From assembly GCA_964057225.1 (NCBI GenBank), contig OZ059900.1, positions 5,146,001 to 5,210,000 of the forward strand: a DNA stretch of 64,000 nucleotides, written 5' to 3'. The notes beneath the pieces are model-generated. The model was not told the DNA's origin. It did no database searches and worked only from the letters and a program-made list of their open reading frames with translations. Numbering within the stretch: the stretch's first letter is position 1; the number at the start of each line of letters is the position of its first letter. Positions 62,185 through 64,000 of the stretch are shown piece after piece. This DNA is from Auanema rhodensis (lineage: Eukaryota; Animalia; Nematoda). The position numbers and the translations under genes were made by a program.

Positions 62185-64000
62185 ATGCATGGTAGCCAGG
62201 ACTTCCAATTTTATGTGAACAGTTAACTATACCACCTAAGTATCCGAAGAAAGTGATCTTGATTTGTAACTCGGTGCCCGTTAAAGATAGAAGAATACTG
62301 TACATTTTGATGAACTCTCCATGGCCATATTAGTCTAAAAACACTATCTTATTGTGTTTGATGCATGGTAGCCAGGACTTCCAATTTTATGTGAAGAGTT
62401 AACTATACCACCTAAGTATCCGAAGAAAGTGATCTTGATTTGTAACTCGGTGCCCGGTAAAGATAGAAGAATACTGTACATTTTGATTAACTCTCCATGG
62501 CCATATTAGACTAAAAACACTATCTTATTGTGTTTGATGCATGGTAGCCAGGACTTCCAATTTTATGTGAACAGTTAACTATACCACCTAAGTATCCGAA
62601 GAAAGTGATCTTGATTTGTAACTCGGTGCCCGGTAAAGATAGAAGAATACTGTACATTTTGATGAACTCTCCATGGCCATATTAGACTAAAAACACTATC
62701 TTATTGTGTTTGATGCATGGTAGCCAGGACTTCCAATTTTATGTGAACAGTTAACTATACCACCTAAGTATCCGAAGAAAGTGATCTTGATTTGTAACTC
62801 GGTGCCCGGTAAAGATAGAAGAATACTGTACATTTTGATGAACTCTCCATGGCCATATTAGACTAAAAACACTATCTTATTGTGTTTGATGCATGGTAGC
62901 CAGGACTTCCAATATTATGTGAACAGTTAACTATACCACCTAAGTATCCGAAGAAAGTGATCTTGATTTGTAACTCGGTGCCCGTTAAAGATAGAAGAAT
63001 ACAGTACATTTTGATAAACTCTCCATGGCCATATTAGACTAAAAACACTATCTTATTGTGTTTGATGCATGGTAGCCAGGACTTCCAATTTTATGTGAAC
63101 AGTTAACTATACCACCTAAGTATCCGAAGAAAGTGATCTTGATTTGTAACTCGGTGCCCGGTAAAGATAGAAGAATACTGTACATTTTGATGAACTCTCC
63201 ATGGCCATATTAGACTAAAAACACTATCTTATTGTGTTTGATGCATGGTAGCCAGGACTTCCAATTTTATGTGAACAGTTAACTATACCACCTAAGTATC
63301 CGAAGAAAGTGATCTTGATTTGTAACTTGGTGCCCGGTAAAGATAGAAAAATACTGTACATTTTAATGAATTCTCCATGGTCATATTAGTCTAAAAACAC
63401 TATCTTATTGTGTTTGATGCATGGTAACCAAGACTTCCAATTTTATGTGAACAGTTAACTATACCACCTAAGTATCCGAAGAAAGTGATCTTGATTTGTA
63501 ACTCGGTGCCCGGTAAAGATAGAAGAATACTGTACATTTTGATGAACTCTCCATGGCCATATTAGACTAAAAACACTATCTTATTGTGTTTGATGCATGG
63601 TAGCCAGGACTTCCAATTTTATGTGAACAGTTAACTATACCACCTAAGTATCCGAAGAAAGTGATCTTGATTTGTAACTCGGTGCCCGGTAAAGATAGAA
63701 GAATACTGTACATTTTGATGAACTCTCCATGGCCATATTAGACTAAAAACACTATCTTATTGTGTTTGATGCATGGTAGCCAGGACTTCCAATTTTATGT
63801 GAACAGTTAACTATACCACCTAAGTATCCGAAGAAAGTGATCTTGATTTGTAACTTGGTGCCCGGTAAAGATAGAAAAATACTGTACATTTTAATGAATT
63901 CTCCATGGTCATATTAGTCTAAAAACACTATCTTATTGTGTTTGATGCATGGTAACCAAGACTTCCAATTTTATGTGAACAGTTAACTATACCACCTAAG
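62185..64000 (+). repeat. Tandem satellite SatB, 176-bp monomer, ~10.3 copies running to the window end
   Basis: GGTAGCCAGG occurs at 62191, 62367, 62543 and 62719 (exact 176-bp spacing). The monomer is ATGCATGGTAGCCAGGACTTCCAATTTTATGTGAACAGTTAACTATACCACCTAAG...CACTATCTTATTGTGTTTG, with no evident similarity to SatA. Strand is arbitrary. Confidence 0.98.

Larger units (their letters stand above)
30450..62188 (-). repeat. Tandem satellite SatA, right array (reverse-complement orientation, with internal inversions and SatB fragments)
   Basis: The monomer appears as its reverse complement (AACTTGATTGAATCTGTCAGCGCTGTAGCTTTCCTCAAGGATTAAGCCATGCGAATGGCTCACAG...), starting right after ...GAGGAGCA at 30449. 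Confidence 0.97.

Noticed and set aside
62191-62247. SatB segments TAACTATACCACCTAAGTA and GGTAGCCA loosely recall the LSU rRNA homing-endonuclease/R2 target region
   Set aside because: The matches are short, gapped and in the wrong order, with no other rRNA similarity, so they are probably coincidental.

Overview
This is eukaryotic, very AT-rich, satellite-dominated DNA. It is probably from a nematode, inferred only from the type of retroelement. About 93% of the window is one satellite ('SatA'), with ~173-bp monomers and a ~192-bp long variant. SatA runs in + orientation at 1-27767 and mostly in - orientation at ~30450-62188. Exactly at the orientation switch is a 2.68-kb, 5'-truncated fragment of a BEL/Pao (Cer-like) LTR retroelement on the - strand. 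The fragment carries three parts: (1) an uninterrupted phlebovirus-Gc-like envelope ORF whose first 19 codons, including the ATG, come from the satellite; (2) a downstream coiled-coil plus triple zinc-knuckle ORF split by a 1-nt frameshift; (3) a 295-bp 3' LTR (TGTCGC...GCGACA). A second, unrelated 176-bp satellite ('SatB') begins at ~62185. Eight inverted copies of the exact SatA/SatB junction are embedded in the right SatA array. Each is preceded by a patchwork of short templated fragments and followed by a local inversion. There are no ordinary host genes, RNA genes or CRISPR arrays.
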